Positions 52,301 to 62,048 of a DNA stretch of 64,000 bases are shown here, piece by piece. The notes below the pieces were generated by a model, which was not told the origin of the DNA, searched no databases, and worked only from the letters and a program-made list of their open reading frames with translations. Position 1 is the first letter of the stretch. Every line of letters starts with the position of its first letter. This DNA comes from Lama glama (Eukaryota). Made by a program: the position numbers and the translations under genes. Where the stretch lies: positions 5,084,001-5,148,000 of the forward strand of contig CM052850.1 in the NCBI GenBank assembly GCA_028534125.1, in the 5' to 3' direction.

Positions 52301-55300
52301 GCTTTTACGCCTGTATGTTTATGGCTGTCTCTACTTTCGTTTTCTGAGTCAGTCTCTATCATGTGTTCGGTACATATCGTTGGATTTATATTTCCTTGTA
52401 AGACACGCAGAATCATTTTGTGTGCTACTTTATTTTCAAGTGACATAAATGTGCTGTAGATCGTATTCTGTTTTTTACGTTTTGCACACAGTGCTGCTTT
52501 TCTAAGATCCACCTGCATTGCTGGTCTTGTATCCAGTTCATTACTTCCCACCACTGCATAGTGTCCATGATGTGCATCTACCATGGTTTACAGATCCATT
52601 CCCTAATGATAAACCTCAAAGTTGACTTGATTGCCTGCCGCCATAATCGGTACTACAATGAACAGTCTCATAGATAACCCTCGGGACTTGTGCAAATGTC
52701 GCTTTGAGGGTATCTTCCCAGGACTCGGGTTGGGGGGTCATAGGATGTACGCATCCCTCATTTGACTGCCGGCTGCTCTCCAGAATGACTTGCCCTGTTT
52801 ATGCCCTTCTCAGCAGTGCATGAGAATTCTTGTTTATTTGCCACCCTGTTGAAATGTAGCATTTGTCCAACTTTCTGATTTTTGGCAAGTTAATAGGCAT
52901 AAAGTGGCATTTTATTGTTATTTTAATTTGTATTTCCTTGGTTTCTTATTAATTTAAGCATCTCTGTATATATTTGCTAGCTATTCAGGTTTCCAGCTCA
53001 TTGCACTGCAATTTAAGCCCTTCAGGTAGTTTTCTGTGAGACTTCCTGTCTCTTTCTACTAATTTGCGAAAGTTCCTTGTATAACCTGTGGTTCTCAAAT
53101 TTTAATCTGCACATGAACCATGTTAGGATGCAGATTATGATTTAATAAGGGTGGGATGGGGCTCAAGACCGTGCATTTGTAATAAGCTCCCAGATGATGC
53201 AGAAGCCTGTGGTCCTGAACCACCCTGTGAGTAGCAAGGTTCTGGATGTTCGTTTGAGGCTTTACAAGTCTGTCCTTCCAAATTTGTCATGTGTCTGTCA
53301 CTTTTTTCTAGATTTAATACAGTCAAATATCAATGTTTTGCCTTATGGTTTGTGTTATTTGGGACTTGTTTAACAAATCCTTTGTCATTGCTGAATCACA
53401 GTGATTTTCTTATTTTTCTCTATTAACTGTGTTCTTTTATTTCACACTTAAGGATTTAAATCTATCTGAAGTCACCTTTGTATTGGGTATAAATTTGGTA
53501 ACCAGTTTCAGTTCTTCTTTTTGTACTGAGCTTGTTTTCTCAGACCTAACAGTTCATTGTTCCTCTACTGATTTGTGGTGCCACCTTTGTCTTATTTCAA
53601 ATTCCCAGATATACATGTAAGTGTCTGCTCTCTGCTCTCTGTTCTGTTCCCTTGATTCACGTATCTGTTCCTGTAATAGTACCACACTGTTTTATGTTTA
53701 TAGCTTTGAAGTATGTTTTAATATCTAGAAGAGTAACTCTTCCACCTGCGTTCTTCTTTTTCAAGTGTGACTAAGCTAGTTGTGAATCTTTATCCTTTTA
53801 GATAAATTTTGGAATACATTTATTTAGCTCCACAAAGAATCTGGCTGCAGTTTTGAATGGAATTGTGTTGATTTTAGAGGTGAATTTGGGGTAATATTGA
53901 TATTTTTTACAATTTTTATTGTCTCACTTGTGAACAGGGATGCATTGCTACTTATTCAGATTGCTCATGGTTTTCAATAGAGTTTAAAGTTTTTTCCCTT
54001 AAAGTCTTCTGGATTATTCTGAGTTATGTTCATTACAACTACTTTATTGTTTTTGTTGCTTTTGAGAACAATATTTTATTTCTGTTCTATTTCCTAGTTG
54101 ATTATTTCTTTTTTTTTTACATTTTTTATTGATTCATAATCATTTTACAGTGTTGTGTCAAATTCCAGTGTGATTATTTCTGATATAGAGAAATAGCAGT
54201 AATTTTTGTAAGCTGATCTTGTATCTTGTAAATTTCCTCCATGTCTTTTCATGGCTTGATAGCTCATTTTTTTTTTATCACTGAATAATGTTCCATTGTC
54301 TGGATGTACTACAGCTTGTTTACCCATCCACCTACAGAAGGACATCTTGGTGGTTGTGCGCAAGTTTTTGCAAATATGAACAAAGCTTCTGTNNNNNNNN
54401 NNNNNNNNNNNNNNNNNNNNNNNNNNNNNNNNNNNNNNNNNNNNNNNNNNNNNNNNNNNNNNNNNNNNNNNNNNNNNNNNNNNNNNNNNNNNNNNNNNNN
54501 NNNNNNNNNNNNNNNNNNNNNNNNNNNNNNNNNNNNNNNNNNNNNNNNNNNNNNNNNNNNNNNNNNNNNNNNNNNNNNNNNNNNNNCTCATCAGCATTTG
54601 GTGGTGTTCCTTTTTGGATTTTAGCCACTCCAGTAGGTGTGTAGTTGTATCACTGTTGTTTTAATTTGCAGTTCTCTAACAATATATGATATTGAGCATC
54701 TTTTCATATGCTTATTTGCCATCTGTGTATCTTCTTTAGTAAAATTTCTGCTCAGAGCTTTTGCACATTCTTATATGGGGTTGTTTGTTTTCTTATTTTT
54801 GAGTTTTAAGAATTCTTTGTATATTTTAGACACGAGTTCTTTATCAGAGAAGCATTGTGCAAATATTTTCCTCCCAGGCTGTGGCTTATCTTTTCATTCT
54901 TTTAAGTGTCTTTTGCAGAGCAGATTTTAATTTTAATGATGTCCAGTTAACCAGTTATTTCTTTCATGTATTGTGCTTTGGTGTTGTATCTAAAAAACTC
55001 ATCGCCAAACCCAAGGTACCTTACTTTTTTTCTTATTTTCTTCTGGAAGTTTTATAATTTTGCCTTTTGCATTTATGTGTAAGATCCATTTTGAGTTAAT
55101 TTTGTGAAACATATGAGGGTGGTGTCTAGATTCTTTTTTTGTTTTTCTCACATGTGGATGTTCAGTTGTTCTAGCACCATTTTTTGGAAAGGGCTGCCCT
55201 TTTCCCATTGAATAGTCTTTGCCCCTTTGCCACAGATCAGTTGACTATGTTTGTGTGGGTCTATTTTTGGGCTCTTCTAATCTGTTCCATTGACTTTTTT

Positions 55301-55879
55301 TTTATTCATACACCTATATCACACTGTCTTGATTACTGTGACTGCTTTTTAATTTACGTTTTATAACCTTGTACTTCTAAAAATGGATTTGAGAGAGACT
55401 GCAGTTTCAGTTATACTGAAAATAGGACCATTTTAATAAAAAGATAAAAATGATAAAAAATTAAATGATTGATTCTTCTGGTAGTAGCTCTATTCTTTTA
55501 AAAGCTAGAACACACAGAAATATTACAGTAGAGTATGGACAGGCCTGAGGACTTTTCACCTGCTCTCATTTGCCTGACAACATTAAAATGGTCGTTTAGA
55601 ACTGAGGTTAGGTTATTCTTATTGTTTTCCTTTGAGTTTGTGGTGATCAGTTATTGAGTTAATATTGCACAGTTAGCTGTATACACTTTGTTGGAGACAT
55701 ATCTTAATACTTTAGCTCTTTTAAGAACTGAGCCAGCAACAGATGTTTGTTGAAATGTGCATATATGCAAATCTGACCTCATTTTTTTCTGGATTTATTT
55801 ATTTTTTTAGGTCAATGATGCCTTCCTTCATGTCACACAGCGCAAATCCACAGGCAAGGTACTTCTGTCCCTTAAATAA
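31314..55879 (+). CDS. CRYZL2: Quinone oxidoreductase-like protein 2 (zeta-crystallin-like, Zn-free NADPH-dependent MDR), full spliced CDS: join(31314..31372,31455..31563,33625..33721,35315..35373,35921..35986,36756..36865,37742..37823,42034..42215,44724..44952,55811..55879), 353 aa
   Basis: Manual splicing gives 1062 nt with no internal stop: [42 protein letters not shown]...[14 protein letters not shown]...[12 protein letters not shown]...GDRVIG...LPVSYGTA...[14 protein letters not shown]...[12 protein letters not shown]...[15 protein letters not shown]...[10 protein letters not shown]...[18 protein letters not shown] motifs are present (GxNFAD, PGxExAG, AxxGxxG nucleotide-binding loop, GKVLL end). 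All nine introns are GT-AG and phase-compatible. It closely resembles rodent Cryzl2 as recalled. Confidence 0.95.
31455..31563 (+). CDS. CRYZL2: CRYZL2 exon 2 ([36 protein letters not shown])
   Basis: Acceptor ttgcag|, donor GAG|gtaggg; start of the MDR GroES-like domain. Confidence 0.93.
32735..32890. mobile_element. MER5A MITE
   Basis: ccccagagtttctgattcagtagg...ctaacaagtt...ggggaccacactttgagaactact. Confidence 0.8.
33000..33570 (+). mobile_element. L2 fragment in intron 2
   Basis: gatcatgttaccctctgcttaaaa...gggcctttgcacatgc...tagtaggcgttcagcaaatattt. Confidence 0.7.
33625..33721 (+). CDS. CRYZL2: CRYZL2 exon 3 ([32 protein letters not shown])
   Basis: Acceptor tttcctttgcag|, donor CTG|gtgagt; GxNFAD motif. 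Confidence 0.96.
33993..34244 (-). mobile_element. L1 3' end inserted into an L2 tail
   Basis: TSD aataa(g/a)tactt 33982-33992 / 34245-34255. Confidence 0.82.
35315..35373 (+). CDS. CRYZL2: CRYZL2 exon 4 ([20 protein letters not shown])
   Basis: Acceptor ttgcag|, donor GAG|gtgaat; GxExxGxV motif. Confidence 0.95.
35921..35986 (+). CDS. CRYZL2: CRYZL2 exon 5 ([22 protein letters not shown])
   Basis: Acceptor ttcccttcag|, donor AAG|gtagcc; GDRV motif. Confidence 0.95.
36421..36437 (-). promoter_or_regulatory. Candidate CTCF site in intron 5
   Basis: AGTGCCCCCTGGTGG, which is CCACCAGGGGGCACT on the minus strand, a near-perfect CTCF core. Confidence 0.6.
36756..36865 (+). CDS. CRYZL2: CRYZL2 exon 6 ([36 protein letters not shown])
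   Basis: Acceptor tttaatag|, donor TGG|gtgagg; typical QOR segment [12 protein letters not shown]. Confidence 0.95.
37742..37823 (+). CDS. CRYZL2: CRYZL2 exon 7 ([27 protein letters not shown])
   Basis: Acceptor cacag|, donor AAG|gtactt; Rossmann AxxGxxG loop. Confidence 0.96.
38150..39460. mobile_element. L2 fragments (both orientations) with a MIR remnant, intron 7
   Basis: L2 tail catagtaagcactcaataagtatttcctgaatgagtgaatgaat at about 38460-38505; antisense L2 body follows. Confidence 0.65.
40720..41460 (+). mobile_element. MIR interrupted by a composite insert (L1 3' end + flank + MLT1 fragment + poly-A)
   Basis: MIR left half to 40906 and right half from 41397; L1 end 40907-41047; MLT1-like 41232-41386. 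Confidence 0.8.
41090..41231. other. Assembly gap (N run)
   Basis: Ns. Confidence 1.
42034..42215 (+). CDS. CRYZL2: CRYZL2 exon 8 ([28 protein letters not shown]...[13 protein letters not shown])
   Basis: Acceptor tttgcgcag|, donor CAG|gtacgc; overlaps ORF 41953..42246. Confidence 0.96.
43617..43804 (-). mobile_element. Short L1M 3' end
   Basis: ggtgaaatata...ttaaccatttttaagtgtacaatt...ggtaacctctgttctaccttctgtctct. Confidence 0.8.
43823..44673 (-). mobile_element. L1M 3' fragment ending 50 bp before exon 9
   Basis: Antisense L1 3'UTR/ORF2 end; 17-bp degenerate TSD. Confidence 0.88.
44040..44200 (-). mobile_element. Vic-1-like SINE nested in L1
   Basis: TSD ccaccattct 44030-44039 / 44201-44210. 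Confidence 0.9.
44724..44952 (+). CDS. CRYZL2: CRYZL2 exon 9 ([15 protein letters not shown]...[10 protein letters not shown])
   Basis: Acceptor ttttgtccgcag|, donor GAG|gtgaga; overlaps ORF 44695..44967. Confidence 0.96.
45762..45908 (-). mobile_element. Vic-1-like SINE
   Basis: TSD cagccttc(t/c)agtttt 45747-45761 / 45909-45923. Confidence 0.9.
45927..46029 (-). mobile_element. Young camelid L1 extreme 3' end
   Basis: Poly-T, then ttttacaatgttgtgtcaaattccagtgtagagcac; TSD cagttttatg. Confidence 0.75.
46945..47200 (-). mobile_element. MIR
   Basis: gtgctagcactttgc...cttaatcatcacagcaactc...tacagatgaaa. Confidence 0.7.
48410..48575 (-). mobile_element. Vic-1-like SINE with duplicated B box
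   Basis: Head and tail match; exact 28-bp internal duplication. Confidence 0.88.
48598..49268 (+). mobile_element. ERVL-type solo LTR (LTR16/LTR33-like)
   Basis: GC-rich body ending tcaggctgtattttctaaggaacccaggctgaca, as in LTR33-family ends. Confidence 0.45.
49560..50780 (-). mobile_element. L1M fragment interrupted at 50101-50530
   Basis: caatcaagatatagaacatttccatcac...ggaatcatacagtatgtagcc...ttaatttgcatttccctaatg. Confidence 0.8.
53085..53240. mobile_element. MER5A MITE inside L1
   Basis: ctgtggttctcaaa...tgcatttgtaataagctcccagatgatgc...caccctgtgagtagca. Confidence 0.8.
54110..54170 (-). mobile_element. Ultra-short young L1 3' end
   Basis: Same sequence as 45927-46029; perfect TSD tgattatttct. 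Confidence 0.75.
54393..54586. other. Assembly gap (N run)
   Basis: Ns. Confidence 1.
55811..55879 (+). CDS. CRYZL2: CRYZL2 exon 10, coding part ([22 protein letters not shown])
   Basis: Acceptor atttttttag|; C-terminal STGKVLL QOR signature; TAA at 55877-55879. Confidence 0.95.
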   Translation, partial: VNDAFLHVTQRKSTGKVLLSLK

Positions 55880-56043
55880 GTCCTTGCTTCAGCGGCAAAC
55901 TCAGCATGTCTAAATCCAAACTCATAATGTTTCCAAAAACCCTGATTTCCCTTCTGTGTTTTTAAAGGTTTTACCACCTTCCTCATTAACACAGTTTCAA
56001 AATCTTTTAGAGTCACCTTTAAGTCTGTTTTCTTATTCCTAGT

Positions 56044-56148
56044 TAGTGTGATCATATACTTTATTGTCCAAATTTGGACCCACTTGAGAGTGAAAGGATG
56101 CTAGGAAGACAGATGTCCCAGACAAACTAGGATGTCTGGTCTCCCTAT
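56044..56148. mobile_element. hAT-Blackjack MITE (MER81/MER94-like) within L2 remnants in the presumptive 3'UTR
   Basis: tagtgtgatcata...gtcccagacaaactaggatgtctggtctcccta terminal inverted motif. Confidence 0.55.
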
Positions 56149-56915
56149 TCATAATGTATCAACAGCCAGGTTCTGCCATCCTCACCTCTAAGAGGTCTCT
56201 CACTTCCATATCCTCTTTTCCATTCTGACTAATTATGTCACATCTGCTAATTCCAGTCACCTTCTAACTGACTCTCCTACCTTCAAACTACCCTCGCCCC
56301 TCCATCTTTGTTCTACATTATTGCCATGGCGACCTTCCCAAAGCACAGCTATGACTGTGTATGTCTCAGAACTCAGCAGTGGCTCACCATCGTCTGCAGG
56401 GTGGAGCTCAGACTCCTCCAGCTAGATTTCATTATGACCAGGATTTCGTCCCTCTGTGTTTCCAGCTGTATGTTGGACAGCTCCACCAGCCCCTCCGTGT
56501 ACACTTGGATTGCCCACCTTCCCTACTTTGCTCTGCTAAGCAGTTTCTTTTACCCCTTATCTCTGTTTAACACAAGCCTTCCTGACCTCCAACACCTACC
56601 TCTGCATGATCTTCTCCCCTCAGGTGGGTGCTCATCTCTTTTGTTTCCCTTCTACCTTCCTGAAGCTTCTCCCCCAGGATGTGTCACATTCTGCCTTGCA
56701 CCAGCGGGAGCAGCATGCCTAGTGGAATGAACATAGGATTCTGAATCCAAGATGTGGATTTGAGTCCCAGTCTCAGCACTTGAGAGGTGGTTACTTAAGG
56801 TCTCCAGGCCTTTATTTCCTTGCACAGTGAGTTACCCTTGAACTGAATTGAATATGAGTGATCTGCAGGTCTTAATTTGTGAGATTAAGTTGAGAATTAG
56901 TTACTCTGGAAACAG

Positions 56916-57337
56916 NNNNNNNNNNNNNNNNNNNNNNNNNNNNNNNNNNNNNNNNNNNNNNNNNNNNNNNNNNNNNNNNNNNNNNNNNNNNNNNNNNNNN
57001 NNNNNNNNNNNNNNNNNNNNNNNNNNNNNNNNNNNNNNNNNNNNNNNNNNNNNNNNNNNNNNNNNNNNNNNNNNNNNNNNNNNNNNNNNNNNNNNNNNNN
57101 NNNNGTACCTGGAATAAAATTCATAGAGACAGAAAGTAAAATTGTGGTTGCCGTGACCTGGGAGGAGGAGACAGAGAGGGGAGCTGTTGTNNNNNNNNNN
57201 NNNNNNNNNNNNNNNNNNNNNNNNNNNNNNNNNNNNNNNNNNNNNNNNNNNNNNNNNNNNNNNNNNNNNNNNNNNNNNNNNNNNNNNNNNNNNNNNNNNN
57301 NNNNNNNNNNNNNNNNNNNNNNNNNNNNNNNNNNNNN
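56916..57337. other. Two assembly gaps (56916-57104, 57191-57337) around a sense L1 3' fragment
   Basis: Ns; catagagacagaaagtaaaattgtggttgcc is L1M 3' sequence. Confidence 0.95.
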
Positions 57338-59609
57338 TTTTACCAAAATAAAAACTAAAAGAATATATTACCCCTACATCGAAGTGAATGCATTCAGAGA
57401 AGAGAACAGGGAGTGTGAGGAGAGAGCCCAGCTGAGGCTGAAGTGGGCTCCAGTCGCTGCCCCGGCCCTGGCCTGTGGGAAGAGGCCCTTTGCCTTTGCT
57501 TGGTTATAAGCATTGCTCTTTAGCCCTCCCACTGCATCAGTGGTCATTCCCCGAGAGGAGGGGATTGTGGGGGATAAAAGCAGACACCTGATTCTTATTC
57601 TTCACAAGGTCCTGTTCCAGGAAACATGGTAAGAGGCTCTGTTTCCTGATAGGTACCCAGGCCGTTCGAAAACACCCATCTTCTCAGGGACTCCTCACCA
57701 AAAAGCTTTTGGAAGAATTGAGTTGTAAAAAATAGAAAGGGAGCATTTAGGGAAAGAATTTAAAACTGAGAAATTAGCAGAAGGAAGAGGGAGGGAGAAG
57801 AGATCAGGGAAACCGCCCACGGGTCTGTTGTGGGCCCACCTGGTGCTTCCACGAGGGCACGGGCGGCCGTCTCCCCTGGGCCCGGCTGCACATTTTCACC
57901 TTCTGGGGGCTGCACGCCCTGTGGTTGCATTTAATAAGCCTCTCTTCACCTGCCTTCACCCAAACTTACTTCTTAATGTGAGCTATTTTTGAATTTAGTT
58001 AGTTTTCAAAAATACCAAGACACCAACTTCGAGGCTCATTTTAGAATCTCTGGACACCCTCTGGGATAATTGAAGACATGCTGGCTAGACCCCAGGGGAG
58101 AAGGAAGACAAATCAGGATTGAGAAAAGTGCACATGCCCCACTGGGAGCTACCTTTTCCCACCTTCAGAGCTGATGGGTGGATGTCACTAGTAATAAAGG
58201 TCGATTGTCCCCGGCTCGCTCACGTCAAAGTGATTTAGATTGAAATGGGCAGTCATTAAGGAGCGTGAGTTTCTTCGGGTTTAACGAGGATTGGTTAGAA
58301 CCTCTAATGACCTGCTCTCTGCTTGCCTGTGTTCCTGCTTCATTGGCATGATTTGATTTGAAAGCATTTGACTCACATTTTAGTCATCGTTTGGTTGTTC
58401 TGAGCCATTAGTTAGTCTGAAAAAAGAATCAGTGCAGCTCCAAGTGACAGCATTTATTCTATATTCACAGACTTTTCCCGGCTCTCCCTTGTAGGCTGGC
58501 TGCCAGAGAACTCACCCCCACACAGCTACCTCTTCTTCCTCACTAACTGTGGGTCTGTCCACCTGCACACACGTCTCTCAACAACCAGAGTGAGGTTTTG
58601 TGCTGTTAGCTGTAGAGTAATCCTGTCTGTTTGTCCCTGCTCCTTCCTCTGCAATCTGTGTGGCTTTAGAAAGCTGTCTTTTTCCTTGGAACTTTGGTAA
58701 AGACGACAAAGGATCTCTTTTTGGCAAGTGAAGGAAAATAAAGGTATCTTCACGTAATCACTTTTTTGTAACAACAACCAAAAGAAAACTGAACGAAGAA
58801 AAATTCACGGTATTATTTCTTTCTCTTATTTTTCCTTCCAGGATTTTATGAGTGAATTAAAAAGCAGTGATTTTTCAAAACTTTTGTTGTTTATACAGGT
58901 CAGGTGAGGGAAGACCTAATTAAGCCAACACATGCCGGCCTCTCCAGTGGTTCTCTTCCTTGTTCCCTCTCCATCACAGCTAATTGATAGACCTAAGATC
59001 TGAGCTGAAATATGCTGGTTTCTGCAACTTTATCATTGTTGAGGAATCATACACAGAGTGGTTATTATTATTTTTCTTTTTGCTGAACATAGAAATGGTC
59101 AGTTTCCTGGTCTTCAGTGAATTGCATCATTATTTTAAAAATGGTATTGTTAAAGTAATTTTGACCATACCACAGGGTCATTGAAAAAAGTTAAACCAGT
59201 GGAAAGTTGATGAGTAGAAATTGCTACACTGTTTTTCTCTGCTCGGTCTCATTCTTATTCTTCAGGTAAACCACTATCAGTAGCTTGGTGTTAGTCTTGC
59301 AATTTAAAAATATTTTATTTTAATTTTTTAATTGAAGTTTAGTTGACTTACAATGTTATATTAGTTTCAGGTATATTGCAGACCATTTAAAACACATACG
59401 TGCCTATGCATTCACACAGAGATGGCTGTATTTTTTTTTAATAGGTTTAAAAAATAACTGATCACAGTTTGCATACTGTTCTGTAAGGTACTATTTTTAA
59501 TCAGTTATACATCATGGACCTCATTCCATATTAGAACATGTAGACTTACTCTTTTTACCAACTGCTTAGTGTTCCATAATGAGGATGTTTATCACATACA
59601 GCCGTTTCC

Positions 59610-60600
59610 TTACTAGTGAGCTTATTCCTTTATTTAAAAACGTTTATTGACATGCCTCCATGTGCCAGGCCCTGCACGGCACGCGGAGTACAGTGGTGAG
59701 CCAGAAGCCCACAAATCTGGTGGGGGAAACAGATGAACTAACTCAGGGAGGGCAAGGAAGTTTTCCCTAAGGAAAGACCCTTGCGCCTCTATCTGAAGCT
59801 TGATGCTTCTAAGAATTGAATTTTAGGAATTTAAATAGGCAGGGAAGACAAGGAAGAATGTTCTAGGACCTGTGGCAAACGAAAGAGAGGCAAGTAAAAG
59901 GGGCTGAACGAAGTGGGGCTGGAGGTTGAGAAGTGAAGGCGAGAGTTGTGGGATGAGGCTGGAGGTGGGACGAGGGCAGGCAGGGCTGGTGGGCCAGTTC
60001 CCAGTGTGTAGCCTTTACCTGACAAGCCCTGGGATGCCACCGCAGTGCTGTAAGCAGGAGTAGGGTGGGTGTGGCGTGACCAGAATGGCATTTTGGTGGA
60101 CGAATCCCTCCAGCTATAGTGGGGAGGAAGGGCTGGAGAGGAATAGAAGTCCATAAAATTCCAAATGAGCGATGATGGAATCGTGGACTAAGGCGGAGAT
60201 GTTGGGCAAGGAGCGAAATGGACAGAACGGAGAGCTCTGTGGGAGGTAAAAGCCGAAGGACTCAGTGTTAGGCCGGACATGGGGGCGGGGTTAAGGGGGA
60301 AATGTCAAGAGGACTCCTGGGCTCCTGGATGGTCTTTGAGGGGAGGAACATCAAAAGACAACTGGGTTTTGGCAGTGAAGGGAAGTATGACTGGGGCAGA
60401 AGATGCAGACCCCCACACTGAGATGTCCAGGAGATGTCAAGTCTGCAATTTCGTGCCTCTCTGGTGCTCAGAGGGGAGGTGTGTCCTACAGATGTAGACT
60501 GGGGAGTCATTTGCACAGAGGTGCTGATGATGCGTGTGGTATGGCTGAGACTCCCCCCTGGACGACATGTAGAGGGAGAAGGGAAGAGGGTCTAGACTAA
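59610..60600 (-). mobile_element. L2 fragment
   Basis: tttattgacatgcctccatgtgccaggccctg, then a purine-rich antisense L2 body. Confidence 0.75.
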
Positions 60601-61129
60601 CCTTAAACAGCGTTCCTTTCAGTAGAGGTATCGACTATTTCATGACTGTGCTGTGGCCGCAGAAATAGACTTAGAAAGAGGTAGTTTGGGGCTTTAACTT
60701 AAACCGCAAGTCTTCATAAGGAAGGCTGTATTGCGCAGTGATTAAGCCCCCTTCTCCCAGTGGGCGCCCAGTGACTGGGGCTCTCACTCCAGCTGTTTGA
60801 CCTGGGACGAGACTCATCTTTCTACTTTTCTCATGTGAAAAATGAGGATAACCATATGTTTTTTTTCTACCAGGCGTGGTTCATGTGGGGGTCAAGGGAG
60901 ATAATGTATGTGAAATTGTTTTGCAAATTGCCATTTTCATAACAGATTACAAGGTTGCCTAGTAGCAGTATGTTCAGGTTCGTCTCAGAGTTGAAGCAAA
61001 AGGTATATTTTTTTCAGCATATGCCGGGCTGACATGGAGCAAAAGAATTCCTTGCTTTTTAAAAATGTCTCTCAAATATTTCTACATTTGATTTTACCCG
61101 AAGTTATTGTGCTCTTTCACACAGAATAA

Positions 61130-61500
61130 TGGACAGAGGGATGGGGGCCCGATGATCTGATACACCGCAGAGACACCCAGAGCCAGACAAGGTCTAGAGA
61201 AGGACACGTAAATTGATCGAGAAGGTCAGGAGAGTCCTTTGTGAGGGACGATAAAAGAATTAGGGCTCCTCATTGTGGAAAGACCCAGGCTGAGAGGGGA
61301 ATGTGATCGAAATTTATAAAATAATGAACATCACAAGATAAAAATATGAGCTTATTAAATCCCACAGCACAAGAACTAGGGACAACTTTATCCTTTAAAA
61401 GAAATAGTTTTAGGGCAAAGTGAAAATAGCACGTCTTTCTACAGGAATGGTGAGCACATAGAACTCACTACTCTGAATGCTGGCTAGGACCAGAACCAGA
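61130..61500 (+). mobile_element. CR1/L3 3' fragment
   Basis: aggctgagaggggaatgtgatcgaaatttataaaataatg...agaactagggga...tttagggcaa resembles the CR1/L3 ORF2 C-terminus. Confidence 0.55.
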
Positions 61501-61915
61501 TACTGTAAGAGAAAGACATATTGTGGGAGGAGAGAGCCACGGGAGATTACAAAATGCAGTGAAAACCATTGGGGGTGAATCTACCTCATCTTGGAGGATG
61601 ACACCATAGAGACTGACCGGGAAGCCTTCTTGTCTCTGCTGGTGTCCTTGTCTGCACTGGGCTTCTGAGTGGATATACCAGAGGAGACAGTACAGAATTT
61701 GAGCTCAGAGGGTCTGGCAGCAAGTTCTACTTCTCTGACCTTAGGGACTCACTTCCTTTTTATGTACCTTCATTTCCTCAACTGTGAAAAAAAAAAAAGT
61801 AATACAACATTAAAACCTGCCTAACTATTGTGAGAGATTCAAATGAAAGGATGTTTCTGGAAGTGCTTTGTGGTTGATAGATATTATCCATCTGAGCATA
61901 AGAATTTCCATTTTA

Positions 61916-62048
61916 GGGGGGAGGGTATAGCTCAAGTGGTAGAGCGCATGCTTAGCATGTATGCATGAGGTCCTGGGTTCAATTCCCAGTACCTCTGTTA
62001 AAAAAAAACAAAACTGATTTATTCCTCATCCCCCACCAAAAAAAATTT
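61916..62048 (+). mobile_element. Vic-1-like SINE
   Basis: GGGGGGAGGGTATAGCTCAAGTGGTAGAGCGC...; TSD-like tttcca(c)tttta on both sides. Confidence 0.9.

Larger units (their letters stand above)
52360..55370 (-). mobile_element. Nested L1 block (old L1ME with a younger L1 from about 54230) in intron 9
   Basis: Antisense ORF2-type phrases (ttgagcatcttttcatatgcttatttgccatctgt, tccattttgagttaatttttgtg, tagcaccatt). Confidence 0.8.

Noticed and set aside
55868-55879. C-terminal SLK as a peroxisomal PTS1
   Set aside because: The PTS1 consensus is (S/A/C)(K/R/H)(L/M); SLK does not fit
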